The notes below the pieces were generated by a model. The model did not search any database. It saw nothing but the letters and a program-made list of their open reading frames with translations, and was not told the origin of the DNA. Source: Geitlerinema sp. BBD 1991-9 (GTDB lineage Bacteria > Cyanobacteriota > Cyanobacteriia > Cyanobacteriales > Geitlerinemataceae). Taken from it: a DNA stretch of 32,000 nucleotides. Where the stretch lies: positions 1-32,000 of the forward strand of contig LWRO01000040.1 in assembly GCA_001657325.1 (NCBI GenBank), in the 5' to 3' direction. A program made the translations under genes and the position numbers. This document shows positions 17,779-25,708 of this stretch, one piece after another (within the stretch, counting starts at the first letter, position 1; every line of letters starts with the position of its first letter).

Positions 17779-18129
17779 TTACCGCGAACTAAAATTCAAG
17801 CAACTCAAAACATCTCGTACCGAGATATTCCAATCATTTAAAAGACTTAAAACAGGAAGTCGATCGTCATTTTGTTTGATTTCGGATTGTTCTCTCGGTT
17901 TAAAGATGGCGATCGACCGTTCTTCAGGATCGACGAGCCAACTGAGTTGAGTTCCGGCGTTGAGACAGAATAAGATATTGCTCATTACGCGAGTTGGACT
18001 TTGTTCGAGGGATAAAATTTCGATTGTCCAGTCCGGTGCGACTTCAAAGGTATTTTCAATTTCCCCTCGATCGTCCAGGGGAATCTTTTCCCAAGCAAAA
18101 ACAGAGATATCTGGAACGGTCGATCGCAT
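17779..18129 (-). pseudogene. Uma2 (DUF820) family endonuclease, N-terminally truncated or frameshifted
   Basis: VPDISVF...APDWTIEILSLEQSP...CLNAGTQLSWLVDPEERSIAIF matches the central and C-terminal Uma2 core. About 70 N-terminal residues are absent. Uma2-like residues (LLNWTGQ...GQFFLNL) continue in another frame in 18130-18215, up to the end of the neighbouring cas gene. Confidence 0.6.
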
Positions 18130-18215
18130 CTTGGATTTTCCTCAAGGGGAGATTCAGGAAAAATTGACCGTCTGAAGTATCGGGTATCTGTCCTGTCCAG
18201 TTTAGGAGAAAACCG

Positions 18216-19535
18216 CTACATTTCCCACTCTGAGGGAAACTGAACAGGGGATGAAGACTTTTTCGACACCACCGCCGCGATCGACTTCCGAACGAAAGGT
18301 TCGATCGCCGCTTCCAATTGGCGGTAGTCCGATTCTGTCACCGGACGCAAGCCGTGGGCTAAAATTGAGTGATTTCGCACTTGCAGCGCGTCTTGAATTT
18401 GACCCTTCGCCGACGCAAACTGTTTTCCCACCGGATCGTCAGGAAACTCCGTCAACAGGGTATACGCCTTAAAAAGTCCAATTTTAATTTTGCCTTCAGC
18501 TTGCAAGGCTTCGTACTTCGGACGCAATGCTTCGGGGAGTTTGTCCAACGCCACATCTCCCGTCTGAATTTCGTAAGCCTCCCACAACCGCACCTGTGCC
18601 AAGAGTTCCAAGGTGCGATACAATCGCGCCACCGCGTCGTCGTATCGAGCCAAGGTCGATCGTCGTTCGGCGTTTAGCAGTACGTCTTCGACGATTTCGT
18701 AACCGTGGCCGCGGATGGATTCCGGTGCAGTAAACCCGTCTCCTGCTGCTGGCGCAAAGGCTTCGCGACTTCCCATCACCCGCTTGAGGAAAAAGATTAG
18801 CTCTCGCAACTGGGGATATTTGAGATAGTCTTTCAGGTAGAACCAGGCTTCTGCGTGGTCGAAGCGATCCCACAAGTCGAAACCCGTGCAGCAGTCGAGC
18901 CACAGCTGAACGCGATCGGCGTTATCTCCCGACAGTTCCCGTTCTTGCAGCAGCGTTTCCAACTCGGCAATGGCGGCGGGGTAGTTGTACTGTCGCAAAA
19001 ACGCCGGAAGCACTTGTAAAATCGTCCGTTCTACTGTCACCGCCGAGGTGGTGGCACGCCGAACTCGTTCCCCCCGTTCCACTTTCACCAAGTTATCCCG
19101 CCGTGTACTGCTGGTGACGTAGGTTTCGAGTTTGTCGTCGAGTGCCACCTGTGCCAACGCCACGGACATGGTTTTCGTTCCCCCGGTGTAGTCGGCGAGA
19201 AGTTGCGCGTTGGCGTCGTCGTTTCGCGCCTCCCGCACTTTTTGGGCAATTTTGCCGTAACATTCGGACAGATCGTCGGGATTGCTAACGAGAATTACGT
19301 CTCGATCTCGATCGAACCGATCGCCTAATCCCAGTTGTGTGGGAATGTTGGGAAGGCGATCGACCACTTCGCTGCCTTTACGAACTTCGCAGGGTTTCCC
19401 TTCTCCGATAATTTGCGACTGGCTGCCTTTTGGGCCGTCGGAACAGATAAAGACGACGCGATCGGGGTTGAGGCTTTTGACGGACGTTAGAATCGGTTGT
19501 GGGGAACCGCCAACGGTAATGAAGAGTGTTTTCAT
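18216..19535 (-). CDS. CRISPR-associated CARF-HEPN protein, TIGR02710 (Cas02710) type
   Basis: N-terminal CARF-like Rossmann pattern MKTLFITVGGSPQPILTS ... ADYTGGTKTMSVALA. C-terminal HEPN-type R-x6-H motif in QVRNHSILAHGL. It is co-directional with the csm operon. Confidence 0.75.
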   Translation of the reverse strand: MKTLFITVGGSPQPILTSVKSLNPDRVVFICSDGPKGSQSQIIGEGKPCEVRKGSEVVDRLPNIPTQLGLGDRFDRDRDVILVSNPDDLSECYGKIAQKVREARNDDANAQLLADYTGGTKTMSVALAQVALDDKLETYVTSSTRRDNLVKVERGERVRRATTSAVTVERTILQVLPAFLRQYNYPAAIAELETLLQERELSGDNADRVQLWLDCCTGFDLWDRFDHAEAWFYLKDYLKYPQLRELIFFLKRVMGSREAFAPAAGDGFTAPESIRGHGYEIVEDVLLNAERRSTLARYDDAVARLYRTLELLAQVRLWEAYEIQTGDVALDKLPEALRPKYEALQAEGKIKIGLFKAYTLLTEFPDDPVGKQFASAKGQIQDALQVRNHSILAHGLRPVTESDYRQLEAAIEPFVRKSIAAVVSKKSSSPVQFPSEWEM

Positions 19536-19731
19536 AATGCGAAATTTCTCGATATTGGGGTTTTGATAGAAGGTTGTCTATTTCCAATCTGCAAGAGAGC
19601 CATTACATTTCTTAGTCCGAGTCAAGTTGAACGGGCGATGGAAATTTATTTAAAACTACGGCTGTAATCGTAGAAAAATATAACAATATAACTGAGTTTT
19701 CAAAACATCTAAAATGTATTATAAATTTCAG

Positions 19732-20895
19732 TTATCTTCTAGGATAAGTTGGATGCTTCATCTCTGATTGGAGAATATCTTGAATACCGTATAGTTCTTT
19801 TCCAAAAACTAAAACAACTGAATTATTTTTGGCTTTGTTCAATATTTTCTCTTTTTCTTTATCATCAACATCAAGCTCACCAACAATGAATAATTTTATA
19901 CAGTAGCTACCACCGAGTTTTTCTGCTTTAGCACTAAATTCATCTATATCAGAAGATGAATATTTTCCTGTTTTACACTCACAAATCATAGCATTAGCGC
20001 GGTGTAAGCAGAAAACATCAATTTCACCACGATAGTTATCTAGCTCTACTCCAAACTCCACTGAGTCAAAACCACATTTTTGGGCTTCAGAATATACGAA
20101 TACTTCCAACCATTCTCCATTCAAGAAAGAATAATCTTTCTTTTTTTCAATCCTGTACTTTAAGGATGAATTTTCTTCAGTAAAATTGGAGATCAAATTA
20201 AAATTTTTTAGTTTTTCAAAAAAACAAATTAGATCGCTATATAAAATTTGCTTTTCGTCTATTTTAGACCTTTTAATTGACAGCGTTTTGGGAGTCTTGA
20301 TATTGTCCCCTTGGCGAATTAACGTAATAACCTTGTTGTATAAATTTAAATTCCTCATCAAATATTTTGATGCGTTAATAAGTGTTCGAGTTATACTATT
20401 AGTTTTTTTTCTAAATGTACTAAAGCCAAACATGAAGACATAATTTTCTACAGTTAAAGATCGATTAAAATCAATTTGCCTTTTTCCGAAAACCAAAGGT
20501 ATAATTTTAGCGATATTTGTATTAACACTAAAAACCAAAACATCCTTATGATTCCTTAAAACATAACTATACACGGCAATAGACATGGTTTGAGGAACAG
20601 TTGTAAGATTTACATACAGTAAATCTCCACCGCAACTCAATAAACTTTGGGTAGCAATATAGACTTCATCAAAGTTGCTAGGATCAACAGAATTAATATC
20701 TGTGGGATCGCATTTAATATTACTGTTCTCCTGCAGGAGAACAGTAGCCACATTCTTTTGGAATTGCAAATATCTTTCGCTGTCGCATATCAAAAACTTA
20801 ATCCTATCAATCTCATTAACGAACTGTAGAGCACCAGAGAGCGCAGGAACAGCACTTCTTCCACCGATTAAAATTAACATTATACGTTCAGACAT
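19732..20895 (-). CDS. CARF + PD-(D/E)xK nuclease effector, Can2/Card1 (DUF1887)-like
   Basis: N-terminal CARF-like IMLILIGGRSAVPAL ... NLTTVPQTMSIAVYSY. C-terminal restriction-endonuclease-like motif GEWLEVFVYSE...GEIDVFCLHRANAMICECKTGK (E...D...ExK). The gene is very AT-rich compared with all neighbours. Confidence 0.7.
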   Translation of the reverse strand: MSERIMLILIGGRSAVPALSGALQFVNEIDRIKFLICDSERYLQFQKNVATVLLQENSNIKCDPTDINSVDPSNFDEVYIATQSLLSCGGDLLYVNLTTVPQTMSIAVYSYVLRNHKDVLVFSVNTNIAKIIPLVFGKRQIDFNRSLTVENYVFMFGFSTFRKKTNSITRTLINASKYLMRNLNLYNKVITLIRQGDNIKTPKTLSIKRSKIDEKQILYSDLICFFEKLKNFNLISNFTEENSSLKYRIEKKKDYSFLNGEWLEVFVYSEAQKCGFDSVEFGVELDNYRGEIDVFCLHRANAMICECKTGKYSSSDIDEFSAKAEKLGGSYCIKLFIVGELDVDDKEKEKILNKAKNNSVVLVFGKELYGIQDILQSEMKHPTYPRR

Positions 20896-21004
20896 TTTGT
20901 TTTTGGCTTGGATTTTTTGGGTTTTCTGGTGATTGCTGATCGAATTTGTCCGATCTTACGTGTAAATACGCAAAATTTAAGTCACAAATAAATCATATCA
21001 TGAT

Positions 21005-21772
21005 TCACTTGAAAATTTCTAATTCAGTCTGTCCCATTCCCAACCGCGTTTTCACCCCCGTTCCCGAAAAAACGGCGTAGCGAGCCAGCAAATTGGCTAC
21101 GTTCGCCACAATCGGCTCAACGCGATAAGGAATCTGAAGTGAGACGTTCCCCACAAACCCCGTTACGAAAGCTCGTGGAAGCTGAAACGATCGCGTTTTG
21201 ATTTGGTGGTATCGCAAATGGACGAACTGCTGTAAATACCCGATGAGTTCGTCTCCCCCCAAGTAAATCGGAGCGAAATGATTCCACCGTTCCAGCCAAC
21301 TGCGGAACATTAACGCAGGAACGGGAAGGGGTAAATGCGATCCTTGCTGAGAAAACGAAGTTGGCGTGAGAAACTCTAAGTTGAGCCGTCGTTCGGTTTC
21401 TGGTTCCGTCGCAACCCAGAGCGAGTAAAGTTCCTCGTAGCTACTGCGTTCGTCCGTTCGATCGCGGACTGAAAACTTGCTTCCGAGAAATTCCAGGGTG
21501 TCTGGAAACTCTGCGTTTGCGATCGCTTTCGCCGAACCCTCGTCCAATCCCGTTAAAATCAGTTGATAGGGTTCGCCAGCCTGAAACTCTAGAAAACCTT
21601 GCGCTCCCGAACAGCGTCCGATCAAGCCAGAACAGGTAACAGAAGGGATCGTTTCCTGTCCCAAAGCGAGATCGAGGCGATCGTGCAGTCGCTTCACTAA
21701 TTCGAGATGATACGATCGAGGAAGAATTGCCGTGTCTTCCGTCGTCAGAGTATAGGTCGATCGAACGAGCAT
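21005..21772 (-). CDS. cas6: CRISPR-associated endoribonuclease Cas6
   Basis: 255 aa. LEFLTPTSFSQQGSHLPLPVPALMFRSWLERWNHFAP and the C-terminal glycine-rich loop FSGTGVKTRLGMGQT are typical Cas6 features. Its start lies 4 nt after the csm5 stop. Confidence 0.85.
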   Translation of the reverse strand: MLVRSTYTLTTEDTAILPRSYHLELVKRLHDRLDLALGQETIPSVTCSGLIGRCSGAQGFLEFQAGEPYQLILTGLDEGSAKAIANAEFPDTLEFLGSKFSVRDRTDERSSYEELYSLWVATEPETERRLNLEFLTPTSFSQQGSHLPLPVPALMFRSWLERWNHFAPIYLGGDELIGYLQQFVHLRYHQIKTRSFQLPRAFVTGFVGNVSLQIPYRVEPIVANVANLLARYAVFSGTGVKTRLGMGQTELEIFK

Positions 21773-21775
21773 AGA

Positions 21776-23092
21776 TTATCGAGGTGTAAATTTTACCCAA
21801 CCGGGGACGTAAACAATTTCGTTTCTAGAACTGACTATAGTTCGACGAGATTTAGGGGCTTGGAAACCGGGTGCTTTAATACCGCAGATATCGCGCAACT
21901 GGCTGCGTAAATCATCATCTAGTAGACCGGAAATTGTCGTTCCAAACAGTCCTGTCCCCCAACCAATCCGCAAATCGTAAGGACAGGTTGGATTGGAATA
22001 AAATTTATCCCAAAGTACATTAAAATCTAGATTTTTACCTTGATGATAGTTGTTGTTAATTTCTGACCAGTAATTCGCTTCATTTTTCCACTGATCTTGT
22101 GCAAAATCTTTACAGATCCTAAGTAAATCTTCAACTGTTTCAAATGGGATCTGCATATTGCTATTATGTTTGAACCAAGACAGCATTTCGCGATCGAGCG
22201 TGATCGTAAACTCAGTTCTCACATTTCGCACCATTTCCGTGTAAATCGAGGCGCGATATTTCGCATTTTGGTCTTGAAAGTGGCTAGAAACAATAACTTC
22301 GGCAACGACTGGAATATTTTTCTTCGCCTGTTTTCCACTTTTAAGCTTAATTGTTTTTCGTCGTAGTGGCTGAGAGTCGGATACAGAAATCGCTCTCATG
22401 AAATCTGTATTCGGTCCGTTCCTCGCTTTGACCGAGCGACCTTGATAACTTAAAGAGCAGTTCGTAAATATATCGTCCATAAATAAGCCATCGTCTGCCC
22501 ACTTTTGGTTAAATCGGCTCTTGAATTCTCCCGAAGCGATACCCTGACGAATTTTGCGTTCGACCTCTGAAAGTGGTTGGGGAGGTTTGTATTTTTTATC
22601 GTACTTCAGCAAAAAGTATGCGATCGCCGTGCGGATTGCACCTTTAATAGACGAACCGGGAACGTACAAGTCTCCCATCCCATTGCGAATCATGGGACGT
22701 AAATCTGTAATTCGCTCTCCTTCTTCTAACGTCCACTTCGATCGAACCTGTGGAAAAATCTTCTGTCCGTCGGGAGATTTAGCATTTTGCCAATCGTCAC
22801 CAAAAGCTTGTTCGAGAAGCGGCTCGATCGATCGTTTTTCTTCGATCGCATTAACGTAATCCTGTAAAAAACGTCCCCCTTGATGATAGAAGGCTTGAGC
22901 CAAGGCTTCTGTATTGGGAAAATAGACTTTTGAAGCTGTCTGGACGTACTCAAACGGATTGAGACTGGAAACTTCCAAGCCGATATGGAGCATCGGACTA
23001 TCGAGGCGAATTGTTCGCGTCTCGTAGTTGTGAGTTTTATAAGTCTGGTAAGACTTAAATGCAGCAGTATCGCTCACGATCCTTCTCCTCAA
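21776..23092 (-). CDS. csm5: Type III RAMP protein Csm5
   Basis: SPMLHIGLE near the N-terminus and LYVPGSSIKGAIRTAIAY (RAMP G-rich/SxKG motif). Position is after csm4. The most likely start is GTG at 23078 (RBS ggagaagg) rather than the TTG at 23092. Confidence 0.8.
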   Translation of the reverse strand: MRRRIVSDTAAFKSYQTYKTHNYETRTIRLDSPMLHIGLEVSSLNPFEYVQTASKVYFPNTEALAQAFYHQGGRFLQDYVNAIEEKRSIEPLLEQAFGDDWQNAKSPDGQKIFPQVRSKWTLEEGERITDLRPMIRNGMGDLYVPGSSIKGAIRTAIAYFLLKYDKKYKPPQPLSEVERKIRQGIASGEFKSRFNQKWADDGLFMDDIFTNCSLSYQGRSVKARNGPNTDFMRAISVSDSQPLRRKTIKLKSGKQAKKNIPVVAEVIVSSHFQDQNAKYRASIYTEMVRNVRTEFTITLDREMLSWFKHNSNMQIPFETVEDLLRICKDFAQDQWKNEANYWSEINNNYHQGKNLDFNVLWDKFYSNPTCPYDLRIGWGTGLFGTTISGLLDDDLRSQLRDICGIKAPGFQAPKSRRTIVSSRNEIVYVPGWVKFTPR

Positions 23093-24222
23093 GAATTTTT
23101 CTGTAGAGGGTCAATAGCAATGGGTAAACTCAGACTCAAACCGTTACGATAAATTTGGTGACGGTTGAATCTATGAGGGGTAACGTTGGCCAGCATTCCC
23201 ATTGGTTGCATTTTAAATATTGACCCCTCAGCAAACATTCTGACTTTTTTTCGACGCTGTTGTTTTCCGGAAAAGGTCGAGCCAATCCAGCCCCCTCGTT
23301 CTAGAAAATCGTAACTCGACTCTTTGATGAAATCTGCCGGAAGTGATTTTTTCCAAAATACGCTCATCAAGCTGTAGTGAGTACCTTTATCGAAAGAAAC
23401 AACATCTTGCCAAGCTTGAGATAACTCTTCCCATGCGGCAATTTTAAAGCGTCCTGCACCGCTCGATCGTTCTCCACCAAGTCCTTCGTCTCCCAGCAAA
23501 ATTAAGGCTGAGTGAAGTTCGTCTTCAAGTAGTGAATCCTTTTGGGAGAAGTTCAGTAAAAAATATAATCCAGCTTGACTTTCAACTGAGTTATCTTGAC
23601 TCTCCTGTTGCTTCGTATCACCTGAATTTGAACTCTCCTTTGCTTCCCAAGCAAACTGAACGAATCCCGTATGATAGAAGTTGGTGGAACGAGTGGTTCG
23701 ATCGATTGCCACTTTCGGGAGTCGATCGCGCTGAAAGGCGTCACTATAATTAAACGTTCCAGCGTTTTGTAACAACCCGGATGCAGTTTTGTTTTGTGCC
23801 TGTTCTTTCAATTCTTCTGCATCAGCATCGATAAAGCCTTTACCTTGATACCATCGCTGCCAAATTTCGAGAGGTAAATACCTGAGTTTCTTGTAAGTCT
23901 TAAAAAACTCAAGATCGTTCTCTTTGGGATATTTACGAGGTCGTCCTAGAGGTTTTGGTAAGTAATAAATTAGCTGGTCGTTCGCTTTTCGGAAAACGAA
24001 CGTCGAACTCATCCGAACGGGAGGCGAGTCGTTCTGAAGAAAGCGATCGAGTAAACTCTCAACCTTGACTTTCCCAAAACATCGTGCGTAAGCGTTAATC
24101 CAAGCACTAAACAACGTATCAGAACGCACACGCTCGCTCGTTTCTTCGAGTCCAATTCCCACTTCACCAAAATGGACGGGGTTGCGACCGAATTCCAATC
24201 GCACGAGTTTCCAATTACTCAT
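23089..24222 (-). CDS. csm4: Type III RAMP protein Csm4 (Cas5-like)
   Basis: ATG at 24222 gives MSNWKLVRLEFGRNPVHFGE...VRSDTLFSAWINAYA, the Csm4 N-terminal signature (SDTLFSA). C-terminal GGERSSGAGRF G-rich loop. The start overlaps the csm3 stop (ATGAGTAA). Confidence 0.85.
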   Translation of the reverse strand: MSNWKLVRLEFGRNPVHFGEVGIGLEETSERVRSDTLFSAWINAYARCFGKVKVESLLDRFLQNDSPPVRMSSTFVFRKANDQLIYYLPKPLGRPRKYPKENDLEFFKTYKKLRYLPLEIWQRWYQGKGFIDADAEELKEQAQNKTASGLLQNAGTFNYSDAFQRDRLPKVAIDRTTRSTNFYHTGFVQFAWEAKESSNSGDTKQQESQDNSVESQAGLYFLLNFSQKDSLLEDELHSALILLGDEGLGGERSSGAGRFKIAAWEELSQAWQDVVSFDKGTHYSLMSVFWKKSLPADFIKESSYDFLERGGWIGSTFSGKQQRRKKVRMFAEGSIFKMQPMGMLANVTPHRFNRHQIYRNGLSLSLPIAIDPLQKNS

Positions 24223-25207
24223 TCTGTCCTCCGTCGCCGTTCGTCTCGGGTAGCGATCGAATTTGCTGTTCGATCGACTCAAAATCGTCCAGCAAAGCAG
24301 ACGTGGAATCGAATTGCGGCCACGAGCGCAATTCCACGGCTCCCTTCACATTTCGGTAATCGCTTAAATTGCGATAGAACATCTTGAAATCTGTGAATCG
24401 AACTTTCCCGTAGCCTCGCGAACCATGACCGCCGAGTGCGTCATCTTCCAAAATTGCCAGAGCCACGGCGATATTTCGCAAATCTTCCTCTGCTTGCGCT
24501 GGGTTTTCGATGGTGTAAACAATCTCAAAATTGAACCACGATCCGGCGGGAACTCGTTCGAGTTGACGGGGGTTTGCTGCGGCGGTGACGCGATCGAGTC
24601 CGTTCTCGAACTTCCACTCGGTCATGTATAGTCCTGTGTCAATTTTTTTGAGCTTCTTCACAGAATCATCGTCCAAATGACAGTCACGAACGATGAGACG
24701 AGCTGGAGCGTTGCGTCCTTTAACCTTCGTGTACTGAGTACCGTTATTACTCCAAATTTTTTGATTATTTTGTCTCCGATCAGAAAGTTCTTGCTCTGTG
24801 ATTAAGCCTCGATCTTTTGCCACAGAAGCAGGAAGCCAACAATCGTTTCCAGTCGAACCGAACAAACGGCTAATAGGACAGGTTTTCGCTCCTTCAAACT
24901 CAATTTTTTGTCCGTTCACCTCAGAATAGCCATTGTCGAGATCGTCACTTTCGTAACGATATGTTCCGCTACCACCGGGACGGTTTAAGGGTTTGTTGTA
25001 CAGCCGTTCGAGGATCGATCGCAATTTTCCTTTGATAGACGATCCGGGTAAATAAGGCTGTTGAGTCAGCGGATCACGAATAACGGGTTTGTCAATTCCT
25101 CCAATGTCGAGGGTTTCACCACCGCCTCCGATGTGCAATCCGGTTTCTACGACGAGACGGCTCGTCATGCGAACTTTTCCAAGTAAAGGGGTTTGAGTAC
25201 GAGTCAT
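24215..25207 (-). CDS. csm3: Type III backbone RAMP Csm3 (Cas7), target-RNA-cleaving subunit
   Basis: LVVETGLHIGGGGETLDIGGIDKPVIRDPLTQQPYLPGSSIKGKLRSILE is the canonical Csm3 N-terminus, including the catalytic-loop Asp. C-terminal GGHGSRGYGKV G-rich loop. Confidence 0.9.
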   Translation of the reverse strand: MTRTQTPLLGKVRMTSRLVVETGLHIGGGGETLDIGGIDKPVIRDPLTQQPYLPGSSIKGKLRSILERLYNKPLNRPGGSGTYRYESDDLDNGYSEVNGQKIEFEGAKTCPISRLFGSTGNDCWLPASVAKDRGLITEQELSDRRQNNQKIWSNNGTQYTKVKGRNAPARLIVRDCHLDDDSVKKLKKIDTGLYMTEWKFENGLDRVTAAANPRQLERVPAGSWFNFEIVYTIENPAQAEEDLRNIAVALAILEDDALGGHGSRGYGKVRFTDFKMFYRNLSDYRNVKGAVELRSWPQFDSTSALLDDFESIEQQIRSLPETNGDGGQNE

Positions 25208-25213
25208 CGTGAG

Positions 25214-25663
25214 TTATTTTCCTCCAGCAGCTTTGTGATAGGCAACAATGGCTTCGATAAATTGAACGAGTCGATCGAAATCTTCGAGGTCTTCGACACG
25301 GTCGATTGCTTTAGACATAACGTTACTCAACGGTTTGGCGGCATTTTGCCGAGCCGCAGCATAGGCGAGTTTTGGTTGGAGTAACACAATTTCAGTTTCG
25401 ATTTTAGAAAAGTCTCTCTCCTGAGTGACGGTGACTTTTAATCGGTTAATTGCATCCAAGAACTTACGAATCTGGTTGGTTTGCAGGCGTTGACTATTAA
25501 GATATTCACCAAACTCCTGAGCATGCTTCACCAGATCTCGAATAGGATAACTTTTGAAGCTAGATTTTAAGTTTCCTACTTCTTTGATAATTTCTCGATC
25601 GATTGACATCTTAGAAGATCTACCAGTTGAAGGATTGGGGCGATTTTGATTTCTGTTTGGCAT
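25214..25663 (-). CDS. csm2: Type III small subunit Csm2 (Cas11)
   Basis: 149 aa, helical. Contains the Csm2-like QTNQIRKFLDAINRLK motif and sits between cas10 and csm3. Confidence 0.75.
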   Translation of the reverse strand: MPNRNQNRPNPSTGRSSKMSIDREIIKEVGNLKSSFKSYPIRDLVKHAQEFGEYLNSQRLQTNQIRKFLDAINRLKVTVTQERDFSKIETEIVLLQPKLAYAAARQNAAKPLSNVMSKAIDRVEDLEDFDRLVQFIEAIVAYHKAAGGK

Positions 25664-25708
25664 TCCTTAAAACCTGAGAATTAACAACACAAGCAAATCA
25701 CAAGAGAT

